DNA of 64,000 nucleotides from Podarcis liolepis (Eukaryota): assembly GCA_965112155.1 (NCBI GenBank), contig OZ218106.1, one strand, 5' to 3'. Below the pieces are notes generated by a model. That model searched no databases, was not told where the DNA came from, and saw only the letters and a program-made list of their open reading frames with translations. Made by a program: the position numbers and the translations under genes. This document shows positions 59,940 to 64,000 of the stretch, piece by piece (position 1 is the stretch's first letter; the number at the start of each line of letters is the position of its first letter).

Positions 59940-62900
59940 TATACAGATCAGCTACAATGAAATAGATACAATTTAATAAGATGCCGGCCTTACATTGGTT
60001 TTCACCCCAGCCACCATATGCTTGCTCAAATTTAAAATGCTTTTTACTTTCACGACAGAAAGTCTGAAGGTGGGATAAAAAGCTAACATCAGGTGAGCTT
60101 CCAGAAAACAGAGGGGAGGAAAGAGGAGGCAGGAGAAAAATTATTTTCAAAGTGACACATGTCCAGACAGTTCTGTTCACTCTTTTGCATCGTTTGTGGA
60201 GAAAGCACAAAACATCTATATTTCACATGTGTTTGGAAAGAGATTGTTCTATACAGTAGAAACCACTTTTGAAACATATGTTTTGCCCTTCATTACATTA
60301 ATTCAACAGATTTTAACTATCTAGTTTCTTAATGTCTTTAATGTCATCGTCAGAAAAGGACTGAGAAGAACTTGTTTCAGTTCTACTAGTTTCCAGGCAG
60401 CTGGTTTTGTTGAAATATTGGCACACACTGGATAATTCCTGCAGGTCTCTGGCATGTGTTGTGGGAGTCATAGGGTGGGGTTAGGCCAGTTATTTATAGG
60501 GGCAAATTCTGCTCTGTGATGGATACTCAGCTAAGCCTAAACGATTACCCAAGGGTCTTACAGTATAGAAGCCTCTTGTCCCATATTTAGAATCTAAGGG
60601 GGAAATGGCATTTATTTACTTTAAAGGATTTATAAACAGCTTAATATTTAAAAATCTCTAAGTGGTTTGCAATATAAAAAACAAACAATATCATGAAAAC
60701 ACAGATACAACCTGAAACCAATAAAAAAGCAAAGCAAAAGACACTAAAAACAAATACAAACAGGAGTCAGAAAGATTCAGACACATAAAAGGGGTCAGGG
60801 AAAGCCTGGGAGAAAATGCAGGTCTTTACAAGGTGTCTGAAGCCTTTATCAGCAACTTATTGAACTTTGATGTACATGAAAATGTAGGGTGATATAGAAC
60901 AAAGCACATGAAAAAATTAGGGAGGACCCAAACTAGATATTTTGCTACATATAGAATTATATATCAAGAGATTCATTTGATGGTTGCATTTTGTTAAAAA
61001 TATAAACAAATGTATGCTGAAAGTTGCACAGCGTAACTAAAAACTGCATCTCTTCTGAACTCAAATGCATTGCCTAATGGTCACTGTCTATTTATAAAAG
61101 CTTTAAAAGCTAAATATTTTAAGAGGTCATGTTGCTTTGCCTGTTTCCTCAGTAGCCAGATACCACCAGTGCTGTTCAGAACTTCTTCCTTAGTACTGCA
61201 ATTTCAATACTGTAATACTACTGTATAATGAAACGCCTAAATTCCGAAAGCAAATATAAGTATCTGTGCAGTATGTGAACTATGACCATACAACGCTGGT
61301 GTCATTAAGAAATAAGGGAAAAAATGGGATAATCTCATTTCCACCACAGGGCACACAAAAGTGCCATTAGTAAAACAGAACCATACTCAAAACTTAAACT
61401 TGACTGCTCTTCCCTCTACTGTGCTTCTTGTGCAAGTGCTATCAAACAAGCAGCATACAGAGATAGAGAGATTCTGCCCAAGCATTTCTTTGCACACAGA
61501 GAGTATGTACAGTATCTGCCCTTGTGGAGGCAAGGTCACTCAGCAGCAGAGTATTCTCAAAGTTAGGGTGGTATCTTTGTAGCTTTGTGTTGCAGCTCGT
61601 AATGGAGTCAAAGTTGTAAAGTGATTGCCTTTTACCATTCTGAAGAAAAACTTTCAAGAAATCCATTTACACCTCTGATGTGAAAGACCGACAGAATATA
61701 TTTCAATGATTTTAGTGGGAAGGAGAAGAAGAGGAAAATTCACAGCCTGACCCAAAATGCTCATACAAAGAATGATTCTGTGTAGAAGCAGTCACATCAG
61801 GAACCTGTAAATGCACTTTTCTTTACAGTGAGGATCATCTAACATGTCATATTTGGGAAAGGCAGTTATGCTTTTCTGAAAGGAAAATAGGCACCGAGGG
61901 GTAGGTTTTTATCTTCCTACAGAAGATTAAAAACTAACTTCTTATTTCAGTTTTGAATATTAACTTGAATAGGGAAGGTGTTTAGTTTTCAAAAATATGC
62001 ACAATGCCCTTATTATCTGCCAAACCAGATTGCAATGCAAGAACACAATGAAGATTTATTTTTTTTAAAGCCACGAGTTAATTATTAAGGAAGGAATCAC
62101 TCTGGCTGACTTTTGCTAAGGGTGTACTTCTTCAGAGACTGAGAATTAATGCTTAAGATGCCAGTCTTTAAACCATGTATTTTAGACCTATCCCACTGAC
62201 ATTTATGGATCTACTACAAGATTGCTCCCAAGTATGTAGTCTAAAAATTGCAGCCTCTCCAGCTGCAGTCATTCTGTGCCTTTTAGTGTCACCTCTCCAT
62301 CCCTCCCTGGCATCAAAGAAAGAGCTGGGGACACCTTCAAAACACTTGTTTTACCCTTACCTTGTATGGTGCTTTCAGCAAGAAAAAAGCCCCTGCTGCC
62401 ACTCACTCACTCTGGCTAGCTTTGTAATTGGCTAGCGGCTAGCCTATACTGTACTTTGCTGGCGAGTTCATTTTGTTCTCTCTGGCAGCATCTAATCTTC
62501 CCTGAGCAGTCAGAGGAAGGGAAATTACCCATTTATCTACTCAGGGAAGATCAGCTGCCACTAGAGAGAACAAGCTAAGCAAGAAGGATATATATCCTTT
62601 CCCATTTTAGTATCTTATCCCTTTATGGGACAACTAACTAATTTCCCATGAAACAGTAACATCAGAACAAAAACAAAATAAAAAACCAGACATGTTTATT
62701 TTCTTTTAAAAAAATATTACTCTAAACACATTTTACAGATAAGAGTACTACTCTGCTCCTCAAAATAGTCATAGTTGCTTTTACCAAATATGTATGCCTT
62801 TTTCACCTTGCATCATTAGTTTAATAAAAGATTTTAAATACTAAATGATTATTTCATTCTCTGTCTTTTTCTCTTCCAATGTTTACGATTATCAGCATTT

Positions 62901-64000
62901 CCCAATTTTTTTACAATTCTGTCCCATGTACTTTCCATTTTTCTTTTTGCTAATTCACACTTTAAAACACTTCCAGATCAAGCGAGAAAAAGCATCTGGT
63001 TTATTTACATGTGATATAATTTACAATATTCTTTTGTGATAAATACAGCCTTTGTGAATTGACAGCCATTAGCTAAATCAGCTCTTCTTAAACTAACATT
63101 CATCTGTTTTGCATTTTTGGCTAAGCACCTGGTTATGAAAAGTTGAGCTTAATTATATTTTCACAAATGCATGCAACTTCTATATTCCAAGTCAATTAAA
63201 AATGACAAGTGTGACAAAAGGTAAAAATAAAAAAAGGTTTTTAAAAAGAGAGGTCCCATGTTTGTATTTTAATGACTGGATTATAAAATCAGAAATGCAA
63301 TTGTGAGACAACCTCTACTTTATTAGAAGGGACGTAATCTGCCAGTTTTAATTTTCGATGGTGGGATTATGCCCTGGGCATCCAATCCCAATCGGAAGCT
63401 TCATGGTTTTCTTTCCCCTGGGACAGCATCTTTTGTGGTCTCTTAAGAGGAGGGATTGGATCATTAACACAGCTAGACACATCATATGCAAAACACAGTA
63501 ATAGTATTAGAAGTCAGAAATGGATAGTGTTTCTAACATTTACAAAATAGTCACCTTGGGAACAATTTCACCTGCCAGACACACACAATGTGCACACACA
63601 GAATGTCTGCTAGTAAGTCAGGCAGATCAGTCCTCTGGCCCTGCTAAGCCAGCACCAAAGCCAACATTAAGTAGTCATGAACTTGTGCACAAGAACAGCA
63701 TGAGAAACCAAAGCCGATGTACCAGTATGAGCAGGCACTGCCATAGCACCCCTACAAGTTCCATCCACACATTCTGGTACTGCAAACTAATGGCATCCCT
63801 ACTAGCCATTGTAGGAATGGCACTAATAAACTCACAACAGCAGCAGAAATGCTGTGATAATGTTATTCCACCAGAACATACCACTTTGATACCACAATGC
63901 ACAAGATTCGGATCAGGAGCCGTACATGCAGGATGAATCCAAAGAGTTTCCCCCACACAGTGTATTCAAAGCATAGCACACAAGTTCATATTTGTGTTTT

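Noticed and set aside
63520-63936. 138-aa ORF near the window end
   Set aside because: It has no recognisable domain or splice context and is antisense within SLC10A7 intron 5; the length is compatible with chance.
57488-64000. SLC10A7 exon 5 (AAAIFNSAFGSFL-like)
   Set aside because: Searched by eye on the minus strand and not found; it presumably lies beyond the window.

Overview
Vertebrate genomic DNA, almost certainly from a squamate and probably a lacertid lizard. The evidence is the repeat content: Sauria SINEs, a Squam3B-type SINE, and BovB/RTE, CR1, L2 and L1 remnants. The window holds the 3' half of SLC10A7 on the minus strand: seven coding exons (equivalent to human exons 6-12) of 36, 84, 166, 52, 74, 146 and 45 nt, all with GT-AG boundaries and consistent phases, splicing into 200 codons plus a stop. 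Exons 1-5 lie beyond the right edge. The rest is intron and intergenic DNA with many SINEs, LINE 3' ends, MITEs, microsatellites and three short N gaps. Nearly all ORFs in the supplied track are spurious or TE-derived. I see no evidence of a new multi-gene system. The best hypothesis worth testing is a heavily decayed plus-strand gene remnant at about 5.1-12.3 kb, tail-to-tail with SLC10A7. Its colinear peptide fragments resemble REELD1, the gene I recall at this syntenic position in mammals, so it may be an unannotated unitary pseudogene. Family names and orthologue comparisons are from memory and need database confirmation.
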